A stretch of 64,000 nt of DNA from Kofleriaceae bacterium (GTDB lineage Bacteria; Myxococcota_A; Polyangia; Haliangiales; Haliangiaceae): NCBI GenBank assembly GCA_964203225.1, contig CAXNMK010000002.1, positions 545,664 through 609,663 on the forward strand, in the 5' to 3' direction. The notes under the pieces were generated by a model. That model searched no databases and had not been told where the DNA came from. It saw only the letters and a program-made list of their open reading frames with translations. The translations under genes and the position numbers were made by a program. Every line of letters starts with the position of its first letter. Position 1 is the first letter of the stretch. This document shows, piece by piece, positions 1 through 8,738 of this stretch.

Positions 1-156
1 CAGGACATCGAGCGAGCGGGGGCCGCGGTTGACGAGGTCGCCCACCAGCCACAGGTGATCGTGCGCCGGCGCGTACGCGACCAGGGACAGCAGGCGCTCG
101 AGGCTCGCCATGCACCCCTGGATGTCGCCGATCGCGTAGCGGGCCATGACGGCGAT

Positions 157-1872
157 CTACACGTCGATGCGGGCGCTGAGGAAGCCCGCGCGACACGAGC
201 CGGCCCGCACCTCGAGGGAGCCGTGGCCGCGAACCAGGTAGCGCGCCCACGCAGCGTGCGTGGTGCCCCGGGTGCCAGGGTACGCTGGCAGGTTGAGGCC
301 GGTGTGCAGGCCGTGGCCCCAGCCGTCCAGGTGACCGAGCGCCTGGTGCGCGGCGCCGGCATCGACCAGCTCGCAGTCGCGCGCGGTGGCCTGGGCGTAC
401 ACGACCTCGTTCCAGTCGAGCGCCTTGGCCGAGGGCAGGCCGTAGCTGCCGAGGTAGCCGTCGTTGTAGACCTCGACGTCGACGCGGGTCAGGCCGCCGG
501 GCAGGGGCTCGCGCACCACGCGGCCGAGCTTGAGCCGGGGTGCGAGGGCCGCCACGCGCAGGGTCACGGCGGTCTGGCTCTCGCACACCGCCTCGAGTTC
601 GTGCAGCGGCGGGTTCCAGATCCCGATCCGCGGATCGACGCCGCCGATCTCGACGGGGCCGAGCTGCGGGTGATCGAACGGGCGCCACGCGGGGAACGTG
701 CGGCCCTCGTTCTCGTCCTTGTCCCACCACGCGAGCTTGACGATGTCGGCGCGCGACACGCGCTCGTAGTACTGCGCGAACTTCGGCGGGCGCTCCATGC
801 CGAGCCGCTTGAACAGGTCCCACAGCTCGATCACGTAGCCGACCGCGCCACGCTGGTTGTACGCGAAGTCGGTGAGGTCGCCGCGGAGCGGCTTGTCGGG
901 CTCGTAGAGGAACTCCTCGTGGCCGGACACCGTCGGGTAGCCGGTGTGCGTGGTCATCCACGCCTCGACCTGGCGGAACACCGCGAGGTCCTCCTGGTTC
1001 ATCTTGCTGTCGGCCGCGTGGCCGAGCGGGCGGATCAGGACGCCGCCGAACGTGTGGTAGTCGATCCACGCGAAGATCTCGGGGTGCGCGACGGCGAACT
1101 CCACCACGCCGCGCGACTCGGGCTCGCTCGCGGCGAACGGGCCCGCGCCGATCTGCTCGTGCGCCGGCGCCCACGACCACGGGAAGTTGCGGTTGAGATC
1201 GATCGGATTATCGCCGAGGAAGTGCGGCGACGGGATGCGCTTGCCGTCGAAGTGCTCGATCGTGCCCTCGGGGTAGAGCTTGTAGAACGGGCCCTCGTCC
1301 TCGAGGGTGCGCTCGACCAGCAGGCCCGGAAACTCCGGCGCCTCGACCAGCTCGCCGCCCGGATCGCGCACGCGCATCGCGAGCGCCAGGCCATCGCCGT
1401 CGATGTCCCCGGCCACCCACCGCGGGGTGCCGCGCTCCACGCGGTGGTCACGGGGCACCGAGCGCACGGTCTTGCCGAGGCGCAGTACGGCCTCGGCGCC
1501 ATCGGGCGACAGCCGCGGCGCGATGTAGAACAGCACCTCGCGCAGGCGCTGGACGATCGGGGCGGGCAGCTCGCTGTCCGCGGGCTCGAGGTGGAGCCGG
1601 AGCACGTCCTCGGCGATCGCCAGCGCCACGCTCGCGCCGCACAGCTCGGCGGCGTGCAGGTTGCCGTCGACCCACACCGCCGGGCGCACCCTGTCCGGCT
1701 CGAGGCCGACCGTCAGCACCCAGACGTCCCGGCCCTCGGGCGTCCGCGCGATCGAGGTCAGCCGGCACAGCTCGGGGTAGGCGGCGGCCCAGGCCTGGAG
1801 CTGGGCGGTCAGGTCCGCGTGGTCGAGGTAGGCGCGGCGGAACCCGCGGGACAGCGAGGCCAGGGTCGGCAT
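157..1872 (-). CDS. M14-family zinc carboxypeptidase (cytoplasmic, no signal peptide)
   Basis: ORF 157..2034(-). Residues such as DFAYNQRGAVGYVIELWD and the Zn-carboxypeptidase N-domain pattern (WVDGNLHAAE). Start placed at internal ATG (MPTLASLSRG...) at 1872 because the upstream extension is Arg/Ser-rich noise. Confidence 0.75.
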   Translation of the reverse strand: MPTLASLSRGFRRAYLDHADLTAQLQAWAAAYPELCRLTSIARTPEGRDVWVLTVGLEPDRVRPAVWVDGNLHAAELCGASVALAIAEDVLRLHLEPADSELPAPIVQRLREVLFYIAPRLSPDGAEAVLRLGKTVRSVPRDHRVERGTPRWVAGDIDGDGLALAMRVRDPGGELVEAPEFPGLLVERTLEDEGPFYKLYPEGTIEHFDGKRIPSPHFLGDNPIDLNRNFPWSWAPAHEQIGAGPFAASEPESRGVVEFAVAHPEIFAWIDYHTFGGVLIRPLGHAADSKMNQEDLAVFRQVEAWMTTHTGYPTVSGHEEFLYEPDKPLRGDLTDFAYNQRGAVGYVIELWDLFKRLGMERPPKFAQYYERVSRADIVKLAWWDKDENEGRTFPAWRPFDHPQLGPVEIGGVDPRIGIWNPPLHELEAVCESQTAVTLRVAALAPRLKLGRVVREPLPGGLTRVDVEVYNDGYLGSYGLPSAKALDWNEVVYAQATARDCELVDAGAAHQALGHLDGWGHGLHTGLNLPAYPGTRGTTHAAWARYLVRGHGSLEVRAGSCRAGFLSARIDV

Positions 1873-2322
1873 GTGGGACCGCACGTTACACGGTCTGCCG
1901 GGCCCCCGGCGGGGGCGGGATCCGTCGCCCGGTCGCGCAACCCCGCGGACCGGGGGGTGTCTGTCCGTGACGCCGGCCACGGACGACGATCTGCCCTGCA
2001 ACGACGTCCGTCTCCGGCCGACTGTTCCCTCCATACTCGAAGAACTCGACGCACGCGGCCCACCGCGGGAGATGACCCATGCTGCCCTTCACCTCGCTGC
2101 CTCAGGTCCGGATCGTGCGCAATGCCGGGCAGCTCGTGCCGCCGCCGCCGCCGCTGCCACAGGCGCCGGGCGTGACCGCCGCGCGGGCGCGCGAGGTGCT
2201 GGCCGTGGCCGTCGGGCTGTGGCCGTTGACCGGCGTGATGCTGCTGGCCATGTGCCTGCTGGTGATGGCGAGCCACTGGTCGTCGCCGTAGGCCGAACCG
2301 GACGCTTCGCTGTCCGCCTCCG

Positions 2323-3213
2323 TCAGTCGTCCTCGAGCGGCATCGCGCGGAGCGTGCGGGGCAGCTCGAGCAGGCTCTCGGTCGGTGAGCCGACCAGCAT
2401 CGCGGGGCTCATGTTGGTGAGGCCCCACGGCTCGACGGTGCCCGACGTGACGGCGAACGCGCCGCCATCGATCCGGCCGACGACGCCGAACCCCGACCTC
2501 ATCGGGACGCGCGCGCTCTCGATGACCAGCTCGGGCAGGCCGCTGACGTCGATCTCGATCAGGCCGCGCTCGCAGGTGAGCACGAGCCGGTAGTTGAGCA
2601 CGCGGCGCTCGAGCAGCAGCACGTTGCCGAGGCCCGCGGTGAATACCTCTTGCCAGCCCTCGGTGGGGCTGCCGTGCTGCGCGAGGTCCTGGAAGCCCAG
2701 GTAGAACAGCCGCGTGTCGTCGATCTTGCGCGCGAGCAGGCCGTGCGCGGTGATCACGCAGTCGAGGAAGCCCAGCTCGTGCAGCTGGGTCACGGCGGAC
2801 AGGTGATCGACCGTCCACCACGAGCCCGGGACGTGGGGCGCGCAGCCGAGGAACACGTTCTTGGCGGAGCTGCCCTTGAGCCACTCGGAGATCGCGCACG
2901 CGACCTCGGGCGCGCTGCCGGTATCGGACAGGCGCCGGTCGCCGTTCCACAGCACGCTGTCGCCGGGGATGCGGTGGATGGCGTCGAAGTGGAAGAACCG
3001 GCCCTGGAACGGCGAGACCAGGCTGAGCTTGTCGCCGACCTTGATGCTCGCGACCGCGTCGAGGTCCTCGGGCACCGCGATGTTGGTCTCGCCGCGCGGG
3101 TCGAGCGCGACGAACAGGAGGCCGCGCGGGGTCAGCCCCTGCTTGCGCAGCTCCTTGAGGCCGAGGATGACCGCCGCCGGATCCCGGTAGTGATACACCT
3201 TGGTGGCGAACAT
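2323..3213 (-). CDS. hypothetical protein (296 aa, no recognised domain)
   Basis: Clean 296-aa ORF with balanced composition, unlike the Arg/Ala-rich spurious frames around it. No motif I can name. Confidence 0.5.
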   Translation of the reverse strand: MFATKVYHYRDPAAVILGLKELRKQGLTPRGLLFVALDPRGETNIAVPEDLDAVASIKVGDKLSLVSPFQGRFFHFDAIHRIPGDSVLWNGDRRLSDTGSAPEVACAISEWLKGSSAKNVFLGCAPHVPGSWWTVDHLSAVTQLHELGFLDCVITAHGLLARKIDDTRLFYLGFQDLAQHGSPTEGWQEVFTAGLGNVLLLERRVLNYRLVLTCERGLIEIDVSGLPELVIESARVPMRSGFGVVGRIDGGAFAVTSGTVEPWGLTNMSPAMLVGSPTESLLELPRTLRAMPLEDD

Positions 3214-3255
3214 CGGACGGAGCCTAGCACGGGCCTCTCGGGTGCCGCGGGCGGT

Positions 3256-4815
3256 CTAGAGCATCACGCCGGTCAGCAGCGCGTTGGCGATGCCGAAGTA
3301 GATCAAGATGCCGCTGACGTCGACGAGCGTGGCGACGAACGGGGCTGACGCGCTCGCCGGGTCAAATCCGAGCTTGCGCAGGACGAACGGGAGCATCGCG
3401 CCCGCCAGCGTGCCGCACAGCACGCAGCCGACCACGGACAGGCCGGCGACCAGCGCCATCATCACGTAGTGATCGCCGTAGCGGCCCCACGTGCCCCACA
3501 GGGCGACGCGGCCGAGTGCGAGCACGCCGAGCACCGCCCCGAGCGCGAGCCCGGTCAGCAGCTCACGGCGGAGGATCAGCCACCAGTCGGCGGCGCGGAT
3601 CTCGCCGAGCGCCATCGCGCGGATCACCAGGGTCGAGGCCTGGGATCCCGAGTTGCCGCCGGTCGAGACGATCATCGGCAGGAACAGCGCGAGCAGCGGG
3701 ACGCGATCGATCTGGCCCTGGAACGACTCGAGGGCGGTCGCCGTCAGCATCGATCCGATCAGCAGCAGCACGAGCCACCCGAGCCGCTTCTTGATCATGT
3801 CGCCGCGGCTCGACTGCAGGTACGGCAGCTCGAGGGCGGCCATGCCACCGAACTTCTGGATGTCCTCGGTGGCCTCTTCCTGGACGACGTCGACGATGTC
3901 GTCGACGGTCACGATGCCCTTCATCCGGCCGCTCTGATCGATGACGGGGATCACGGTCATGTCGTGCTCGGCGAACACGCGCGAGACCGCCTCTTGATCC
4001 ATCTCGTCCGTGACGCGGACGACGTCGGTCTCCATGATCTCGGCGACGATCTTCTTGGGATCGGCGGCGAACAGGTCGCGGAACGACACCACGCCGAGCA
4101 AGCGCTGCTCGATGTCGAGGACGTACGCGTAGTAGATGGTCTCGATCTCGTCGCGGGCCTGGCGCCGCAGGTAGCTGATCGCCTCGTCGGCGGTCATCGC
4201 CGGGCGCAGGCGCGCGTAGCGGGTCGACATCAGGCCGCCGGCCTCGTCCTCGGCGTACGCGAGGAGCGCGGTGACCTCCTTGCGCGTCGGCGCGTCGAGG
4301 AGGGCGAGCAGGTGCAGGCGCTGGGTCTCGTTCCCGACCTGCTGGATCACGTCGGCGACGTCGTCGGGCTCGAGCAGCCGCATCCACTGGCGGCGCTGGC
4401 CAGGGCGGAAGTGCAGCAGCAGCTGTGCGTGATCGGAGGCGGGCAGGGCGACGAAGAACTCCTCGGCGTCCTCGCGCGGCAACACCCGGAGGCCGTCGCC
4501 GCGCTCGTCGAGATCGAGCAGCGGCCACGCGTCCCGGAGGTCCTCGCTCGACAGCTCGTCCTCGGGCGGGGGCCCCGATCCCGCGGCGTCCGTCGAGGGC
4601 ATCGGCGGCATGACCATGGACCGCTTCATGCGCCCGGACGTCTGGACATCCGGGAGGGCCGTCACGTCGGTGTCGTCGCCGCGGCTCTCGGCGACCGCGC
4701 GGATCTCGGCCGCGACCTTGCTCGCCTCCTGCGGGTCGAGCATCGAGATCTCGCCCGTCGCGTTCTCCAGCCGGTCGGACACCGGCTCCGGCACGCTGTC
4801 GTCGGGCGAAGCCAT
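3256..4815 (-). CDS. mgtE: magnesium transporter MgtE (N-domain, CBS pair, C-terminal TM domain)
   Basis: 519-aa ORF. CBS-like segments (VLDIEQRLLGVVSFRDL, VIDQSGRMKGIVTVDDI) are followed by a 5-TM MgtE-type C-terminus (IVSTGGNSGSQAST). Confidence 0.85.
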   Translation of the reverse strand: MASPDDSVPEPVSDRLENATGEISMLDPQEASKVAAEIRAVAESRGDDTDVTALPDVQTSGRMKRSMVMPPMPSTDAAGSGPPPEDELSSEDLRDAWPLLDLDERGDGLRVLPREDAEEFFVALPASDHAQLLLHFRPGQRRQWMRLLEPDDVADVIQQVGNETQRLHLLALLDAPTRKEVTALLAYAEDEAGGLMSTRYARLRPAMTADEAISYLRRQARDEIETIYYAYVLDIEQRLLGVVSFRDLFAADPKKIVAEIMETDVVRVTDEMDQEAVSRVFAEHDMTVIPVIDQSGRMKGIVTVDDIVDVVQEEATEDIQKFGGMAALELPYLQSSRGDMIKKRLGWLVLLLIGSMLTATALESFQGQIDRVPLLALFLPMIVSTGGNSGSQASTLVIRAMALGEIRAADWWLILRRELLTGLALGAVLGVLALGRVALWGTWGRYGDHYVMMALVAGLSVVGCVLCGTLAGAMLPFVLRKLGFDPASASAPFVATLVDVSGILIYFGIANALLTGVML

Positions 4816-4867
4816 CGAGCCACACCCTGCCCAATCGCGCGTGCTTCGTCCAGTGTGGACCGGCGAT

Positions 4868-5050
4868 TCAGGCCGCGGCGCGGGTCGCCAGCTCCTGTGG
4901 GTGGTCCTCCCGCGCGCCGACCGTCCAGGAGCCCTCGGCGCCGCGGAACGTCGGGATGCCGCTCTCGGCGGACACCCTGGCCTCGGTCAGGGCGATCACG
5001 CCCCCCGGCCGGGCCAGCGCGCGGCGACACGCGTCGAAGATGTCTTCCAT
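4868..5050 (-). pseudogene. remnant of Sir2/CobB NAD-dependent deacetylase (N-terminal ~60 aa only)
   Basis: Translation MEDIFDACRRALARPGGVIALTEARVSAESGIPTFRGAEGSWTVG matches the Sir2 NAD-binding motif (GAGISAESGIPTFRG...W). Both Gly of the GAG are substituted. The ORF stops after 60 aa and abuts the mgtE start, so there is no room for the rest of a ~240-aa sirtuin. Confidence 0.4.
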
Positions 5051-5073
5051 CGCGCCGGTGCTACAATTTCGGT

Positions 5074-5598
5074 ATGTCGCGCTGGAGCCCGTCTGTCGTC
5101 CTCGCGATCGCGGCGTCGCTCGCTGCCGGTGCGTGCTCGCGGCCGAGCGAGGAGAGCGGCGCCAAGAAGTGGCCCGCCGCGCCACCTCCGCCGGACAACC
5201 CGCCACCTTCCGAGCTCGCGATCCTGGTCCAGGTGGATGGCGGCGCCCACGCGTCGATCACCGCGGCCACGCTGGCCACCGCGAAGCCGGACTTCCGCGC
5301 CAAGGATCGCCAGGCCTGGCTGATCCCGACGCTGATCCCCGAGGCCGCCGCCGCGGGAGTGGTCGTCGAGGCGGTGTCGCCCACGGGCGTCAGCGTGAAG
5401 TTCGAGCGGCCCCGGACGGGCGGGATCGAGCCGGTGCTGTTCCTGACCCGCCGTGGCGAGGTGATGGTGTCCGCGATCGATCCCAAGGATCCGTTCCCGG
5501 ACTACCACGGCCAGGGCGGGCGGCTGCACCGCTCGGGTGACTCGTGGCCGCGGGTCCAGCCGGTCGCGCGCCTCGTGATCACGCGACCCACGCCGTGA
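5074..5598 (+). CDS. putative secreted lipoprotein, hypothetical (174 aa)
   Basis: ATG at 5074 followed by MSRWSPSVVLAIAASLAAGAC (signal peptide with a Cys at the lipobox position). It is the in-frame tail of the long ORF 3469..5598(+), whose upstream part is antisense to mgtE and spurious. Confidence 0.55.
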   Translation: MSRWSPSVVLAIAASLAAGACSRPSEESGAKKWPAAPPPPDNPPPSELAILVQVDGGAHASITAATLATAKPDFRAKDRQAWLIPTLIPEAAAAGVVVEAVSPTGVSVKFERPRTGGIEPVLFLTRRGEVMVSAIDPKDPFPDYHGQGGRLHRSGDSWPRVQPVARLVITRPTP

Positions 5599-6538
5599 TG
5601 CCGTCATCGGCGGGCGTGATCAGCACGCGCGCCCCGGGGGGCGGTGTTCCGAAGCCGAGCCGCGTCACGCCGAGCCGCGTCCCGAGCGCATGCGCGACCC
5701 AGCCGAACGTGTGGCGCGCATTGATCTCGCACAGCGGGTGGAGCCGGCGCTCGTCACCGGCGCTGTAGACGAACGCGTCGATCGCGAACGGCCCCGCGTG
5801 GCCACGCGCGTGGAGCGCCGCCCCGACCGCGTGGACCGTGGCTTCGAGGCGGGCGACCTCGGTGGCGGTGAGCGCGGGAGGCCGGAGGTCGATGCCGAGG
5901 AACGTGCCGCGGGCATCCGTGACGAGGCCGTGGGGGGCACGCGCATGGACCTGCCCGTCGACGATCGAGGCGCACACGCCGACGTCCAGCACGCGCTCGA
6001 CCCACGGCTCGAACACCAGCGCGCCCGCGCGCGCGAGCAGCCGGCCGAGGCGCGTGGCCTGCTCGACGGTGGGTGCGCCCTCGCCGTGGCAGCGATCGCG
6101 GCCCGCGGTGGTCCACGGGGACTTGGTGACCCAGCGCGGGCCGAGCGCCGCCCTCGCGGCGGGCGCCACCTCGTCGATCGCGTGGATCACGCGCGCGCCC
6201 GGCAGGGCGCAGCCGAGCTGCGCGGCGAGCGCGAGGGCGAGCCGTCGATCGTTGACCGCGCGCGCCTCCGGGGAGGCCCACGCGAGGGTGGGCGCCGGGG
6301 GCGTGCCGGTGCGCATCTCGGGGTGCGGCAGGCCCGGGACCCGGGCGAGGCGCCCGCCGTCGATCGCGGCGGGGGCCCACACCTCGACCGCCGGCGCGTC
6401 CACCGGGGCGAGCGCCGCGAGCAGCGCCGCGTAGTGGCTGACCCGCGTCGCGATCCCACCGGGGAGCGAGCCGCCGGCCCACCGCGCCTCGCAGTCGAGG
6501 TTCGCGTGGATCACGAAGGGCGCGGGGTGCACGGGCAC
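5579..6538 (-). CDS. ATP-grasp fold protein (putative ligase), function unknown
   Basis: 319-aa ORF. WVTKSPWTTAGRDRCHGEG resembles the ATP-grasp lysine/Gly-rich loop, and EINARHTFGW resembles the E-x-N catalytic motif. It sits 10 nt downstream of the DUF455 gene, so likely co-transcribed. Confidence 0.5.
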   Translation of the reverse strand: MPVHPAPFVIHANLDCEARWAGGSLPGGIATRVSHYAALLAALAPVDAPAVEVWAPAAIDGGRLARVPGLPHPEMRTGTPPAPTLAWASPEARAVNDRRLALALAAQLGCALPGARVIHAIDEVAPAARAALGPRWVTKSPWTTAGRDRCHGEGAPTVEQATRLGRLLARAGALVFEPWVERVLDVGVCASIVDGQVHARAPHGLVTDARGTFLGIDLRPPALTATEVARLEATVHAVGAALHARGHAGPFAIDAFVYSAGDERRLHPLCEINARHTFGWVAHALGTRLGVTRLGFGTPPPGARVLITPADDGITAWVA

Positions 6539-6547
6539 GCGCGCAGC

Positions 6548-7364
6548 CTACCGCGGGGCGCCGCTCGGCCGCGTCGGATCGATCGCGGCGAGGGCGTCGA
6601 TGAATGCGGCGTCGAGGCCAGCGCGCTCGCGGGCCTCGCGATCGAACCGGGCGCCGCGGGCCCGGCGCGGGCCGAGCGGGAACTGGACGTGGTCGAGGTA
6701 GGCCTGCCAGGGCGCGGCGTCGGGCGCGAGGCGGCGCAGCCACACGTACGCGAAGTGGACGTGGGCGATCTCGTCGGCGTGGACGCGGTCGAGGGCGGCG
6801 GCGGTGGCGAGGTCCCCGCATGCGCGCGCGGCGGTGGCGTAGTCGCCGGCGAAGTCGAGGTTGGCGTTCTCGAACGTCAGGCCCATGGCGCACACGAACT
6901 CGAGGGGCCCGGCGAGGTGATCGAGCTTGTTCCAGAAGTGGCCGGTGACCGGCAGATCCCCGAACGTCACGCCGTGCGCGGTGAGGCGCTCGCGGTAGAG
7001 CTCGAAGTGGCGCTGCTCGTCGGCGACGATCGCGACGAGGCCACGACGGAAGCCGGCCGGGGCATCGGGGTAGGCGAGGACCGCCCACGCGAACAGCTCG
7101 ATCGCCTGGAGCTCGTGGTTGGCGAGGGCGTGGAGGATGCGGGCGCGCTGGCTGGGATCGCGCATGCCCGCGACGGGCGGGACCTTGGCCTGGCGACCGG
7201 GGACGATCGCGAGGCTGGGTGGCCGGCCCGGCCCCTCCGGGCGCAGCGGTGGCCCGGCGTCCTCGAGGACGAGTTGCTCGGGGCCGGGCGGCGGCACGAG
7301 CTTGCCCGCGAGGGTGTCGGCGGTCACGATCGCGTACGCGTAGGCCCGCGCCGTGGTGCTCACG
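6548..7364 (-). CDS. DUF455 / ferritin-like di-iron family protein
   Basis: ORF 6548..7675(-). The conserved part (ILHALANHELQAIELFAWAVLAYPD ... DEQRHFELYRERL ... DEIAHVHF) shows ferritin-like ExxH pairs. Start set to GTG at 7364, just after the upstream gene stop at 7374; the longer Pro/Ala-rich extension overlaps the upstream gene and is rejected. Confidence 0.6.
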
Positions 7365-7373
7365 ACGGGGACC

Positions 7374-8738
7374 TTAGCGCCGGCGGCGGCCGGCGAGCCC
7401 GAGCACGCCGAGCACGCCGAGGGTGAGCGCGGCGGGGACGGCGGGCAGGCTGCCACCGGCGCTGCAGCAGCCGGCGTCGTCGGACGCCCAGCACACGCCG
7501 CCATCACCGGCGGCGAGGCACGAGAACCCGCTCGGGCAGCTGCCCGCGGACAGGTCGCAGCTCTCGGCGCATGCCTTGTCGCCGGTCGACGAGGTGACGC
7601 AGCTGAACGACAGGCACTCGGCGTTCGCGTTGCAGAACGCGCCGAGGCCACCCGGCGCGTCGGGGCCGGCGACACACACGCCCATCACACACACGTCGTC
7701 GCCCTCGCAGCCCTTCGACGCGGTGCACGGCGGGCCGACGTCGACGTCGAGCATCGCGCTGGCCGGGGTGCCCTGGACGTCGAACGCCTTGAGCTCGATG
7801 GCGTGGGCGCCCTGCGCGATCGTCCTCGGGGCGGCGACGGTGTACGGCGGGGTGGAGCTCGCGACGCCGGTGTCGACGCCATCGATCCACAGCTCGACGC
7901 GGTCGATGCCGACGTCGTCGGTGGCGGTCACGCGGACGAAGAACCCCGGCTGGACCTCGGCGCCCGCGGACGGGGACTGGATCGCGATCGTCGGGGCGGT
8001 CGGCTCGCCGGGGCCGAACATGTCGAGGATGTGCTGGTAGGAGTTCTGCGTGGGCTGGTTGGTGCAGCGGCAGCTGGTGGCCTGGAACTCCCCGCACGGC
8101 GAGTCGGTGGCCTGGAACCGCTTCAGCGACGGTCCCCCGTTGAGGTAGGTCATCGGATCGGCGGCGTTGTACTCGTGCTCGAGGCCGAACGCGTGCGCGG
8201 TCTCCTGCGCCGCGGTCCAGCACAGGGCGTCGGCGTCCGGGCCGTAGACGTCGAACGTGAACGAGATCGCGTTGGGGATCTCGTCGCACGTGAACGGCGC
8301 CACGCCGCCCGCGCCCGCGAGGTCCGCGCGCAGCTCGGTGGCGCGGCCGCCGACCATGTTCTCGTAGTGCGGGACGTTGCCCGGATCGACGTCGGTGACG
8401 CCGATGTTGAACGGCGCGTAGGTCGCGCGTACGCAGGTCATCACCCGCTGCCAGACCTCCTCGCTCTGCTTGAAGCCGGTCAGCGCGACCTCGGCGTCGG
8501 GGATGCTCGAGGTGTCGAGCCGCGCATCCTCGATGCCGGGCCGGACGGTGCACCCGGCGAGCGGGCAGCGGTGCATGTAGATCAGGCGCGACGCCGGCGC
8601 GGCGGCCGGCGGCGTCTGCACCGGCACGTCGACCGTCACGGGCTGCGGGCGGGGCAACGCCTGCGCGCGCGCCGCGGGGCTGGCGAGGAGCAGGCTCAGG
8701 GCGGCGAGCCCGAGGGCAGCGGGGCGGCAGGTGCTCAT
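7374..8738 (-). CDS. secreted metzincin-like protein, Ig-like domain, Cys-rich region, MYXO-CTERM sorting tail (paralog 1)
   Basis: Signal peptide MSTCRPAALGLAALSLLLASPAARAQA. Motif AQETAHAFGLEHEY then DPMTY. Bacterial Ig-like segment (VTATDDVGIDRVELWIDG). Cys-rich block, then GGVCW...GCCSAGG + hydrophobic stretch + RRRR terminus, which is the MYXO-CTERM pattern. ATGA overlap with the upstream paralog stop (8735-8738). Confidence 0.75.
   Translation of the reverse strand: MSTCRPAALGLAALSLLLASPAARAQALPRPQPVTVDVPVQTPPAAAPASRLIYMHRCPLAGCTVRPGIEDARLDTSSIPDAEVALTGFKQSEEVWQRVMTCVRATYAPFNIGVTDVDPGNVPHYENMVGGRATELRADLAGAGGVAPFTCDEIPNAISFTFDVYGPDADALCWTAAQETAHAFGLEHEYNAADPMTYLNGGPSLKRFQATDSPCGEFQATSCRCTNQPTQNSYQHILDMFGPGEPTAPTIAIQSPSAGAEVQPGFFVRVTATDDVGIDRVELWIDGVDTGVASSTPPYTVAAPRTIAQGAHAIELKAFDVQGTPASAMLDVDVGPPCTASKGCEGDDVCVMGVCVAGPDAPGGLGAFCNANAECLSFSCVTSSTGDKACAESCDLSAGSCPSGFSCLAAGDGGVCWASDDAGCCSAGGSLPAVPAALTLGVLGVLGLAGRRRR

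Noticed and set aside
55-2175. 706-aa plus-strand ORF antisense to the M14 carboxypeptidase
   Set aside because: Arg/Ala/Gly-rich low-complexity translation with no motifs. Typical high-GC antisense open frame; the opposite strand carries a clear domain-bearing gene.
7364-7675. Longer N-terminal extension (Pro/Ala/Ser-rich) of the DUF455 gene
   Set aside because: It overlaps the upstream paralog-1 coding sequence on the same strand and is low complexity. A GTG immediately after the upstream stop gives a protein of typical DUF455 length.
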